Origin: a virus
Lineage: Duplodnaviria > Caudoviricetes
DNA length: 64,000 nt
Reading direction: 5' to 3' (one strand)
IMG/VR virus record: IMGVR_UViG_3300037963_006186
Coordinates: 1,382 to 65,381 of that record
Positions 8,736 through 17,266 of this stretch are shown piece by piece; within the stretch, counting starts at the first letter, position 1, and each line of letters starts with the position of its first letter. Made by a program: the position numbers and the translations under genes. The notes beneath the pieces were generated by a model. That model made no database searches. It was given only the letters and a program-made list of their open reading frames with translations, and was not told the DNA's origin.

Positions 8736-9586
8736 GCAAAAACGCACTTCACCCAGCACATCAATTTAGAAGCGTAGTAGAATCTAAGGCTTCTGACTTC
8801 CTTCAGGCAATGGTTGGAACAGAAGGTGGATCACAGGCCGCAGGCCGCGTTGCGCTAGCTTTTCGTCAAGCAGCGCAAACAAACGACAGGCTGTATAGCT
8901 GTGACCCGGCATCGGTGGCACAGGCTGTAGCATTATCAGCAATGACTGGGCTTATGCCTGGGGGTCCTCTTCCAGACGTGTACCTTTTACCTAGAGGAAA
9001 GAACCTACAGTGGCAGGTTTCACACAGAGGCTTTTCTAAGCTGGCAGCAAACAACGGAGTGAGGCTTAGAACCAAGGCCGTTTTTGAAAGCGATACATTC
9101 AATGTAATTGAAGGTACAGAGCCAAGTCTGGAACACATTCCAGATCTAAACGCAGAGCAGTCGTGGGACACCTTGAAGGCGGTTTATGTCGTAGCTTTCT
9201 ACCAAGATGGATCAAAAGATTTTGTAGTGATAAGGAAAGCAGACATAGAAAAACGACGAGCCAACTCAGACGCCTACAAGCGCGACAAGAATCGATCACC
9301 TTGGGGTCAGTGGCCGATTGAGATGGCCTTGAAAACTGGACTTAGGTACGCTTTTGCGCGTGGGATTGTCCCAATGAACGACAACATGCAAAATGCTTAT
9401 GACCATGATGGAAAGCAAGATGCTCATACTGAAGATTTAAAGGTTGTAAATATGAATCAAGAGTATGATGAGACTGATACCATGGAAGTTTTGTCAGAAC
9501 AGATAGATGTTTTGATGGATGATAGTAAAGACATCGTTCAATCAAAAGAAGTTAAGGATACAAAATCTTTGCTCGAGGATGATTGA
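8732..9586 (+). CDS. recT: RecT-family ssDNA annealing protein
   Basis: Follows YqaJ; LYSCDPASV, YLLPR, AVFESDTF and SPW...EMALKT motifs. Confidence 0.88.
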   Translation: MSKNALHPAHQFRSVVESKASDFLQAMVGTEGGSQAAGRVALAFRQAAQTNDRLYSCDPASVAQAVALSAMTGLMPGGPLPDVYLLPRGKNLQWQVSHRGFSKLAANNGVRLRTKAVFESDTFNVIEGTEPSLEHIPDLNAEQSWDTLKAVYVVAFYQDGSKDFVVIRKADIEKRRANSDAYKRDKNRSPWGQWPIEMALKTGLRYAFARGIVPMNDNMQNAYDHDGKQDAHTEDLKVVNMNQEYDETDTMEVLSEQIDVLMDDSKDIVQSKEVKDTKSLLEDD

Positions 9587-9600
9587 GAAAGGAGGGCATC

Positions 9601-9822
9601 TTGGCTCGTAACTATAAAGCAGAGTATGAAAACTACCATAGTAAGCCTGAACAAAAGAAAAGACGCGCAGGCAGGAATACTGCACGACGAATCATGACAA
9701 TGTTAAAGCGTGTCAAAAAGGGTGACGGTAAAGATGTCCACCACAAAGATGGCAATCCCAGAAACAATTCAACAAAAAACCTACGGGTTGAAAGTCAGAA
9801 AAAAAATCGTTCTAGAAAGTAA
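9601..9822 (+). CDS. small HNH endonuclease-like protein
   Basis: DVHHKDGNPRNNSTKNLRVES...NR; GGAGG SD before TTG 9601. Confidence 0.8.
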   Translation: MARNYKAEYENYHSKPEQKKRRAGRNTARRIMTMLKRVKKGDGKDVHHKDGNPRNNSTKNLRVESQKKNRSRK

Positions 9823-9834
9823 TAGGAGATCGAG

Positions 9835-10494
9835 ATGAGTCTGTTTGAAGAAGTAGAGCGTGCGAAAAACCCATTCAGCACAAAACAAGAAACAAAAGAA
9901 AATTCAGGTAAAAAGTCCTACGTGAATCAGACATCTTTGCTTATGAAGGTGTTGAATGAAGTTGCATCATCGCAAAAAATCCCAAGCAAAAAGGCAAAGG
10001 AATGCAGCAACTTCAGATCAAAGCTTGGAGACTGCTCTTGGCCTCTTCACCAGCTTCAAGGAAAAGTTACCGAAGAAGGCTGGAATCTAATCGTTCAAAA
10101 CTCCATCAACGGTATGTTGAAAACAATCCGAAACTCTCAACCGAATGGTGAGTGGAAGGTTATGGACTATGAGGTCAAAATTGACCACGCGGTAGATGGC
10201 GTCGAGCGTTTATTTTTCGTAGTCAAATTTGTAGATGTTGATAACAACGATGAGCTTGTGTATCGAAACGGCGTGCCTATCAGCACAACAGTGAACGTAA
10301 ACACCAGCCCAATAGCTCCAGAAATCGTCGAAGCGCTGACAAGTAAAAGCACAGATGACGGTGAATTAAAAGACCTGATCAAGCAGTTGGTTGTTGCGAT
10401 GTCTGCTGGTGCTATCCAAAACAACACACAGATCACTAAAGAAGTGGAAACGTTGCCGGATCCAGAACCTGAGCCGGTTGTTTTCAACGATTAG
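9835..10494 (+). CDS. hypothetical protein
   Basis: 219-aa ORF with AGGAG SD. Confidence 0.8.
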   Translation: MSLFEEVERAKNPFSTKQETKENSGKKSYVNQTSLLMKVLNEVASSQKIPSKKAKECSNFRSKLGDCSWPLHQLQGKVTEEGWNLIVQNSINGMLKTIRNSQPNGEWKVMDYEVKIDHAVDGVERLFFVVKFVDVDNNDELVYRNGVPISTTVNVNTSPIAPEIVEALTSKSTDDGELKDLIKQLVVAMSAGAIQNNTQITKEVETLPDPEPEPVVFND

Positions 10495-10498
10495 ATCG

Positions 10499-10711
10499 AT
10501 GCCTCTGTATCTATTTGTTTGTCCAAATTGCAAGCAAAGAAGTGAAGTCTTGCAGGCATTCGGAGACCCAAGCCCCCATTGTGGGGCTTGTGCTATCGAC
10601 CGTGGAACATCAGTTGAAATGGAGCGAAAGATCTGTGCGACCAACTTTACCCTTAAGGGTAGTGGGTGGGCTAAGGACAACTACGGATTGAAGAATGGGA
10701 AAGGTGATTGA
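10499..10711 (+). CDS. FmdB-family zinc-ribbon protein
   Basis: MPLYLFVCPNC...CGAC...FTLKGSGWAKDNY. Confidence 0.8.
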   Translation: MPLYLFVCPNCKQRSEVLQAFGDPSPHCGACAIDRGTSVEMERKICATNFTLKGSGWAKDNYGLKNGKGD

Positions 10712-10820
10712 ACTTTTTAGGCGTTGTTGTATTGAGTGTGGACATATTTGGTTTGGTAAATTGAACTGTCCGAAGTGTGAAGGCCCAGGCGAACCAATCA
10801 CCTCATTGAATCAATCTTGA
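10704..10820 (+). CDS. 38-aa zinc-ribbon microprotein (MIELFRRCCIECGHIWFGKLNCPKCEGPGEPITSLNQS)
   Basis: Manual translation; two CxxC pairs; start overlaps the previous stop. Confidence 0.5.
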   Translation: MIELFRRCCIECGHIWFGKLNCPKCEGPGEPITSLNQS

Positions 10821-11103
10821 GTTTGAGTATTTCATTTTCACGTTTGAGATACTCAACCTCTACCTTCATGGCAGACATGGCCGACATCATCTCCATGATC
10901 TTGGTCAGGTTTTCCTCACGCTCTTCTTCAAGCTTTTCAACGCGTTTGATTAAGTCATCCCTATACAAAGCTTGTTCAGCTTTCTCTTCTTGTTGAACCT
11001 CTCGCTTTTGCTTCAACATGAACTCGTAGAACTTGAATGCACCAGCACTAAACACGCCTGTAACGGCAGCGACAATCGCAGCAGTAGTAGTTGGTTTATC
11101 CAC
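10798..11103 (-). CDS. N-terminal TM plus coiled-coil protein
   Basis: Hydrophobic AAIVAAVTGVFSAGAF followed by an E/K-rich heptad region. Confidence 0.75.
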   Translation of the reverse strand: MDKPTTTAAIVAAVTGVFSAGAFKFYEFMLKQKREVQQEEKAEQALYRDDLIKRVEKLEEEREENLTKIMEMMSAMSAMKVEVEYLKRENEILKLKIDSMR

Positions 11104-11515
11104 GAATATCCTTATGCATTATTTCAATACGCATTTTAACGTATATCCATACCCACAGCGTAAAGTAGACGCCCGTCACAACAAGCGCTCTACCCACTTC
11201 GCCTGCCGCAAACTCATCATCACTCAATACACTCACAACGAACTTGGTGGTGGAGAAAATATACAACAGCAGATACGCTCCAACAAAACGAGAGCAGGAT
11301 CTGATATTAGGCAAGCTAAACAACATACCCAACGCCACAACAAAATAAAGCGCGTATTGAAGGTAGGCCCACTCCATCCCGCTGTCTATGGCCTCGCCAT
11401 AGCTCATCCAAAGCACTCTATTGTTGGCCAAGTCCGCTACGTTCCAAAACAAAAGCAATGGACCATAGTCATGGTAGACCAAGATGTCTTTGTACGATTG
11501 GAAAAAACGTTTCAT
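11096..11515 (-). CDS. multi-pass membrane protein
   Basis: 3-4 hydrophobic segments; overlaps the next gene by 8 nt. Confidence 0.7.
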   Translation of the reverse strand: MKRFFQSYKDILVYHDYGPLLLFWNVADLANNRVLWMSYGEAIDSGMEWAYLQYALYFVVALGMLFSLPNIRSCSRFVGAYLLLYIFSTTKFVVSVLSDDEFAAGEVGRALVVTGVYFTLWVWIYVKMRIEIMHKDIRG

Positions 11516-11551
11516 TGATCGCCTACGTTTAAGTAATAACTCGGAGAATAT

Positions 11552-12046
11552 ATGCCTGATCATTCTTTAGATGACATTGTACATTCCATTCAATCAGCGG
11601 TTATAGCGGCCACCGATATTGCAGAGCGACATGAGCTTGACTCGATTACAAGCGAAGAATTTTGGGAGCGTAAAGTTGATGCGAATGGAGAGCCGGTCAC
11701 AGATGACGACGGAAGACACATATATGCACCTCGTATGGTCGTCATGGAGATCCCAACATGGGAAGATGGAGTACTGGTACAAAAAAGAGTGCCGGTCCCG
11801 CTACAATCGCTCACGACGGGTCAAAGCTTGCGTGTTGATACGCTTGAAGTGGAGATGTCTGTTGAGATATCTGGGCTTACTGCTGACAAGAAGAAGGGCA
11901 AGCTAATGGTCCGGCCATGCTCAAATGCGCCATCATGGTTCAAAAAAGAGAACAATGCTGCTAAACTCAAGCTGATCTTCAAGGGCAGTGAGCCCCCAGA
12001 AGGTTATGCAAGAATCGACGACCAGCTAATCAAACTGCTTCCGTAG
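11552..12046 (+). CDS. DUF2589-like protein A
   Basis: LDDIVHSIQSAV..., VPLQSL, and C-terminal EPPEGYARI; paralogous to the next gene. Confidence 0.8.
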   Translation: MPDHSLDDIVHSIQSAVIAATDIAERHELDSITSEEFWERKVDANGEPVTDDDGRHIYAPRMVVMEIPTWEDGVLVQKRVPVPLQSLTTGQSLRVDTLEVEMSVEISGLTADKKKGKLMVRPCSNAPSWFKKENNAAKLKLIFKGSEPPEGYARIDDQLIKLLP

Positions 12047-12055
12047 GAGAACATC

Positions 12056-12664
12056 ATGGCAGATTCCGGCCTCGTACAAATGTCATCACAGTTTGGTGGA
12101 CTTCCAATGGAGCAACTCATTGGTGGGCCACTTAAAGCTGCGTGTAACGCTCAGACACTGCTTGCAAAGGCATCAAGCGATTTTATTCAAGATGTCGGGC
12201 TTGATACGGATGCCACAGGCAAGATTATGTCTGCTCGCACCGTGGACTTTAGCTTCAACAAGCCGGTTCAAGACGCTGCCGGAAACACAACGATGGAAAA
12301 AGTGGACCTTCAGGTTCCACTGCTCGCCATTATCAACACCCCTTCTTTGTCAGTCAAAGAAGCGGAAGTTCGATTCACTATGGAGGTCAAGTCTTCGACC
12401 TCGAGCAAGACCACCTCAGATAGCAAAGCTGACCTTACAGCCAAGGCTAAATACAACGCCGGTCTGTTTTCTTGCGAGGTCACTGTTCATGGCTCTGTGG
12501 CTAACCACAGCGAAAACAGCCGTAAGAGCGACAACAGCGCCAAGTACGACGTGAAGGTAGTGGCTCGTGACGATGGCCCTCCAGAAGGCCTCATGAAGGT
12601 ATTAGATATGCTTAATGATGCGATTGCACCGACTCAGGGCGTTGCCGCTCCAAAGAAGGCATAA
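12056..12664 (+). CDS. DUF2589-like protein B
   Basis: FGGLPMEQLIGGPLKAA..AQ..LA, VPLLAIINTPSL, RKSDNSAKYDV and PPEGL..VLDML. Confidence 0.88.
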   Translation: MADSGLVQMSSQFGGLPMEQLIGGPLKAACNAQTLLAKASSDFIQDVGLDTDATGKIMSARTVDFSFNKPVQDAAGNTTMEKVDLQVPLLAIINTPSLSVKEAEVRFTMEVKSSTSSKTTSDSKADLTAKAKYNAGLFSCEVTVHGSVANHSENSRKSDNSAKYDVKVVARDDGPPEGLMKVLDMLNDAIAPTQGVAAPKKA

Positions 12665-12669
12665 AATCT

Positions 12670-12895
12670 CCTATGTCCCCCCACCCACATCGCTTGTTCC
12701 CATACTCTCGGGGGACGGAGCATGGGCGATTCCTACCGGGTGGGGGGGCAGTAGGCAAAAAACACGTTTAGGTATTAATCCATTTTTTGGTGGTGGTTTA
12801 GACATTTTTGATCTCAGATAGGCTGAGATCAATTTAATCCCGTGGATTAAAACCTGACCCCACTTGAGTGTCACGACTCAGGTGGGGTATTTTTT
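12670..12895 (+). ncRNA. candidate structured RNA or 3' UTR downstream of the DUF2589 pair
   Basis: 13-bp stem 12674-12686/12738-12750; 14-bp stem 12768-12782/12843-12857 enclosing a perfect 10-bp hairpin 12808-12832; ends in a terminator. Confidence 0.5.
12857..12895 (+). terminator. intrinsic terminator
   Basis: ACCCCACTTGAGT-loop-ACTCAGGTGGGGT followed by A and T6. Confidence 0.85.
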
Positions 12896-12899
12896 ACTT

Positions 12900-13193
12900 A
12901 TGGCAAGATGCGGACGATGTGGCTTTTTCAAGCCTTACAATCAAACTAGCAAACAGGCAGGCGCCTGTTTAATGTATCGTGGCTTGCAGATTCCTGAAGA
13001 CGCTCTTTGGGAACATCGGACTTGTCCTGAGTACATTCAGAAGATTCCTGATTGGACTCCTGAAGATCACTTCGACTTTGAATTGAAGCGACATGGTGTT
13101 GAGCGCAGTTGGCGTGCCAATAGACGAGCCCTGGTCTTTTCTTGTGCGGCATTGGTTGTATCCGTTGTTGGTCTTGTACTAAAAATGATCTAA
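12900..13193 (+). CDS. Cys-motif protein with C-terminal TM helix
   Basis: CGRCGFF...GAC...C; hydrophobic C-terminus. Confidence 0.65.
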   Translation: MARCGRCGFFKPYNQTSKQAGACLMYRGLQIPEDALWEHRTCPEYIQKIPDWTPEDHFDFELKRHGVERSWRANRRALVFSCAALVVSVVGLVLKMI

Positions 13194-13198
13194 GGCAA

Positions 13199-13599
<401 letters not shown>

Positions 13600-13603
<4 letters not shown>

Positions 13604-14214
13604 TTTTGTTCAGAGATCTCGAACAACTCATCGATTCGTTTTTTCATGCGCTTGATTTGACGCTCAACATCTTCTCCGTCAAAGTCAGCCGAAATCATCG
13701 ACGTTTTCTTTTCAATGGAGCCGATCTTCGACTTGAGTGCATCTACTTCAGCTTGCATCTTCGCGTTTGCTGCTTGACAAGGTGGAGGCTGTTGACCCTC
13801 CATGCCTTGCGACTGAGCTTCCATTTTAAGCTTCTGCATTTCCTGTTCGTGCTTTTGTTCTGCACGCTCACGATAGAAGCTCCAGGCTTTCGACCCGCCA
13901 GCTACAGCCATACCAGCAAGAGCAATGGCAACCATGGGTGCGTAGTCTCCACCCAATGACTTGGCTGCATCTGCAGCAGCGGTGATGTCTTGAGATACAC
14001 CCACCGACTCAACAAGGTCAGGAACAGCGGGTGCTGCAACAGTTTCAACTGGAGTTGGGGCCGGTTCGGGCTCAGGTGGAGGAATAGGGTCTGGTTTTTT
14101 AGTTTCTTGTGCCACGGGTTTGGCCTCCTTTTTAGCGGGTGTCTCGTCGTATATACGAATTGATTGGCCTAATTTAAGCTCACAATCTTTTCCCGATCCG
14201 ACAACACAATCCAT
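13600..14214 (-). CDS. membrane protein with Pro-rich N-terminus, TM and coiled coil
   Basis: MVAIALAGMAVAGG TM followed by heptads; located in lysis region. Confidence 0.75.
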
Positions 14215-14220
14215 TTCAAC

Positions 14221-14529
14221 CTACTTTGACCGAGCAGTCAACACGTCAAGTTTCGAGACGATTTGCTCTTGGATCTTATTTCTAACATTAAGAAAATCTT
14301 TCGCTTGAGCAGCAGTTTCAGCACGAGCCTCTTTGATTACGGCATCGTAACGCTCTCGCATTTTTTCAATGCGGCCATCGTACTCGTCGTTAATCTCTTT
14401 GAGTTGCTTCTGAAAGCCCTCTACAAGAGCGTCCAGCCGCTTTTGCATGGTAACAAACTGATAGATCAAGAAAGCAGCGAAGACTCCAAGATGACCATCG
14501 GCCAACAGTGATTCCAGCACTGCTTCCAC
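14221..14529 (-). CDS. holin-like TM plus coiled-coil protein
   Basis: GHLGVFAAFLIYQF TM; directly downstream of the putative endolysin. Confidence 0.55.
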   Translation of the reverse strand: MEAVLESLLADGHLGVFAAFLIYQFVTMQKRLDALVEGFQKQLKEINDEYDGRIEKMRERYDAVIKEARAETAAQAKDFLNVRNKIQEQIVSKLDVLTARSK

Positions 14530-15105
14530 TTAGAACTCCGGTTCATCAATCAGCGTATATGTAAAGCTGTTACCCCACTTATCTCTTGCTGCGTAACAAA
14601 TAGACATAAACTCTTCGAAGTCAGCGCTGTGGCTAAATACCTGACATCCAGCAGACCACTTGTCTACCTGCGTCGAGGCTGACCCGGCTTTGTGGATATT
14701 GATGCCATACATCCCTTCAGTAATTGAGTCCACATCAAGATCAATAACGTCGTCTTTATTGTCGTCCCGATAAACCTTGACTGTACCGTTCCTCTGACAG
14801 AGCGCATCATATCTTCCCTGGTGCTTGTCGATCTTCCAAACAGATCGATACTGCCCAGGTACAAGAATAGCAGTTCCATTTACGTTGCCGGGATTTTCAA
14901 GCCAATATCTACCCGGTTCGGTGGTGCATTCCCAGGTCCGAACTATCCATCCATTCTCATCTCTAAAGACTACACAGATTCGATCATCAAAGCTGTTTGC
15001 CTGATGATCTTTACTTCGAATACCAATGATATTCAGATTGTATTCACCTGTTTCAAACACGGCGTGGCCGAGAGATTCTACATAGTCAAGTATAAGCGGC
15101 TTCAT
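14530..15105 (-). CDS. putative endolysin with L,D-transpeptidase (YkuD)-like catalytic motif
   Basis: GINIHKAG...WSAGCQV (His...SxGC); flanked by small membrane genes. Confidence 0.7.
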   Translation of the reverse strand: MKPLILDYVESLGHAVFETGEYNLNIIGIRSKDHQANSFDDRICVVFRDENGWIVRTWECTTEPGRYWLENPGNVNGTAILVPGQYRSVWKIDKHQGRYDALCQRNGTVKVYRDDNKDDVIDLDVDSITEGMYGINIHKAGSASTQVDKWSAGCQVFSHSADFEEFMSICYAARDKWGNSFTYTLIDEPEF

Positions 15106-15392
15106 TAGTTACAACTCGCATTAGTGGCGGCACAAATTTTAGCTTGATTGATGGCTTGCTGCTGCTGAACTTCGAGCATCTTGCCCATGAGTTCTTCCAT
15201 TTTGTCGAGGCGCTTTTCGACGCCTTCAATTTTTAGGTCTACAACTTCTTGTTTTCCTTCTTTGGACTCAATGACTGTGACTCTTCTCTCAAGCTCTTCT
15301 GTGTCTTGAGCAGCCGACTCAAATGAGGCAAAAGCAGCGCCAGCAGCAAACAAAATAGTGCCGCAGGGAATGGCTATGTCTTTGATGTTCAT
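15105..15392 (-). CDS. small TM plus coiled-coil lysis-region protein
   Basis: N-terminal hydrophobic helix followed by heptad repeats. Confidence 0.7.
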   Translation of the reverse strand: MNIKDIAIPCGTILFAAGAAFASFESAAQDTEELERRVTVIESKEGKQEVVDLKIEGVEKRLDKMEELMGKMLEVQQQQAINQAKICAATNASCN

Positions 15393-15826
15393 TTTCCTGC
15401 TCCAGACGTGTAGTAGTAAGTAGCGCCTAACCCAGCGGTAACAACTCCTACGATTACAATTGTTTCTATTCTACCAAGCCAACGCTGTGTTGCCGGTCTT
15501 TCTAACCATGGTTTAGGTTTTAGCGCATCATTTAATTGATTTTTGTACCAATCTCGTTCCATTTGTAATTGTGATATTTCAATTGATGAAATTTTATATG
15601 TGCTATTTCCCCATTTTTCTAAAGATAATAGATCGGCGTAATCAGAAAGCGGGACAGCCACTGCAGAGCAAGAAGCGGAGGATAAATCAATAGACAGTTC
15701 AACAGGCAGCGGCTGCCCCTTATTGATTGGAAAAACCTTTGCACACTGCCCAGGAATAATATCTGGTGGAGATGGCTTGGCTGGCAACTCAGCCCAGGCA
15801 AGTGATGATAGTAAAGCGAAAATCAA
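15389..15826 (-). CDS. exported protein with C-terminal TM (spanin-like)
   Basis: Signal-peptide-like start; C-terminal IVIVGVVTAGLGATYYY; lysis context. Confidence 0.5.
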   Translation of the reverse strand: MIFALLSSLAWAELPAKPSPPDIIPGQCAKVFPINKGQPLPVELSIDLSSASCSAVAVPLSDYADLLSLEKWGNSTYKISSIEISQLQMERDWYKNQLNDALKPKPWLERPATQRWLGRIETIVIVGVVTAGLGATYYYTSGAGK

Positions 15827-16065
15827 TCGCGTCTCCTCGCGTTACCTAAATCAGATAACGAATCTGCGGGAGAGTCATCATTGAGTGCAGAGTCAATCTT
15901 TTTCAGATTGTCTTGAAGAGTTTGAGCCTCTTGAGCCTTAGCTTGATCAGCGGCAATATTTTTTGGAACTTCAGGTTGAAGTTTAGTTTTTTTAGCTTTT
16001 TTGCTGAAAAAAAACGCAAAAATCCCAACAAAAAGAGCGCTTATCAAAGCAGCTAAATTAGCCAC
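15823..16065 (-). CDS. N-terminal TM protein (i-spanin-like)
   Basis: GTG 16065 overlaps the upstream stop; LAALISALFVGIFAFFF then basic and helical tail. Confidence 0.5.
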   Translation of the reverse strand: MANLAALISALFVGIFAFFFSKKAKKTKLQPEVPKNIAADQAKAQEAQTLQDNLKKIDSALNDDSPADSLSDLGNARRRD

Positions 16066-16279
16066 GTTTTTTAGCACTGGACTTCTTAGCTGCAGGCTTC
16101 TTGGCTGCGGGCTTCTTGGCTGCGGGCTTCTTGGCTGCGGGCTTCTTGGCTGCAAGCTTTGATTCTTCAAGCTGAGCAATCAAGTCGCTTACAACAGATA
16201 AAAGAGCTAAGCCTGCTGCTTTATGATTACCAAACTTAGAATTTAGCTGTGTTGTCGCCCATTTAATTTTTTGATCCAT
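16058..16279 (-). CDS. small protein with histone H1-like AAKKP tail
   Basis: AGGAG SD; (AAKKP)x4-5 encoded by a 15-bp tandem repeat. Confidence 0.75.
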   Translation of the reverse strand: MDQKIKWATTQLNSKFGNHKAAGLALLSVVSDLIAQLEESKLAAKKPAAKKPAAKKPAAKKPAAKKSSAKKRG

Positions 16280-16290
16280 TATGTTTTCTC

Positions 16291-16683
16291 CTAAGAACTA
16301 AGTATCGTTACTTTAACATCTGACGTTGGAGAGGTATCTCCAGCCACTGCTGCTGTTGTGACAGCCCAAAAGCTCAATCCGCTCGTGAAGGCCCAGCCAC
16401 CATCAATGACGTAAGTGGTAACTTCACCAATCGGTGCATATAAAACCAAATCGGGAGTGGAGCTACTGCCCCCACCACCAGTAACACCTGTATTTGCGTC
16501 GATAATTTTTACGTAACAAGCAGGCTCATCTGTTGTAGGAACACCAGCAGTAGCGTCAATTTCAATAACATAAGCTGATCCCGTGCCAGCAGTCACATGC
16601 TCTTCAGCAGTTGTGTCCGCATCTTCGTCAATTACTAAAACTCCAGCTAAATCACCGAGTACGCTTGTTCTTATTGTAGCCAT
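16291..16683 (-). CDS. small beta-rich virion protein (paralog of 58762..59157)
   Basis: IEIDAT, YVKI, TPDLV and AVTTAAVAGDTSPT..VKVT motifs shared with the paralog. Confidence 0.75.
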   Translation of the reverse strand: MATIRTSVLGDLAGVLVIDEDADTTAEEHVTAGTGSAYVIEIDATAGVPTTDEPACYVKIIDANTGVTGGGGSSSTPDLVLYAPIGEVTTYVIDGGWAFTSGLSFWAVTTAAVAGDTSPTSDVKVTILSS

Positions 16684-16684
16684 A

Positions 16685-17056
16685 TCAACCTGTTAACAAA
16701 GTAACTTTCACTGCTTCTTGTCCACTTACACTGGGTGTTGTGTTGTCGCTTTCAGCAGCGTTTTCATTTGCCCAAACAGATAACGCTTTGAAAGCAACAC
16801 CGTTTGGTATTTGATAAGTGTACGTCACAGCAGCAGGACATGAAAAAACCCAGTCTGGTGCAGTAGAGCCAGAAGTCGCTGTAAATGCATTTGCTATTTT
16901 TATATAAACAGCGGCATCGTTTGAGTTCTCAATCTTCACTGAATACAAACGTCCGCTGCCACCCGTCAAATTAGAGGTAACAGCGTTTGTTATTTGAGAA
17001 TGATAAGCAATCTTAAAAGATGTAGCATCATCAAATTTTGTAGTTACAAAAGCCAT
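16685..17056 (-). CDS. small beta-rich virion protein (paralog of 59167..59544)
   Basis: NLTGGSGRLYSVKIEN, YIKI, STAPDW and PNG motifs. Confidence 0.75.
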   Translation of the reverse strand: MAFVTTKFDDATSFKIAYHSQITNAVTSNLTGGSGRLYSVKIENSNDAAVYIKIANAFTATSGSTAPDWVFSCPAAVTYTYQIPNGVAFKALSVWANENAAESDNTTPSVSGQEAVKVTLLTG

Positions 17057-17059
17057 TTA

Positions 17060-17257
17060 CTACTTCTTTGTAAGACCAATAGCTGCCATTGCTTTTTCAG
17101 CCGAGTCACCAGCAATGTAGGCAAGGCCGAGATACAGCCACTCTTGTGACCCCAGACGATCTAAAAGAAGCAGCCCAGTGCCAAGCATCAAAACAGCAAG
17201 TCGGCGCCAAGAGATTCGCTTTTGAGAGCAAAACAGAGAGTTGATAAAGTTTTTCAT
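17060..17257 (-). CDS. small two-TM holin-like protein
   Basis: SWRRLAVLMLGTGLLLL...WLYLGLAYIAG. Confidence 0.55.
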   Translation of the reverse strand: MKNFINSLFCSQKRISWRRLAVLMLGTGLLLLDRLGSQEWLYLGLAYIAGDSAEKAMAAIGLTKK

Positions 17258-17266
17258 AAGTCAATC

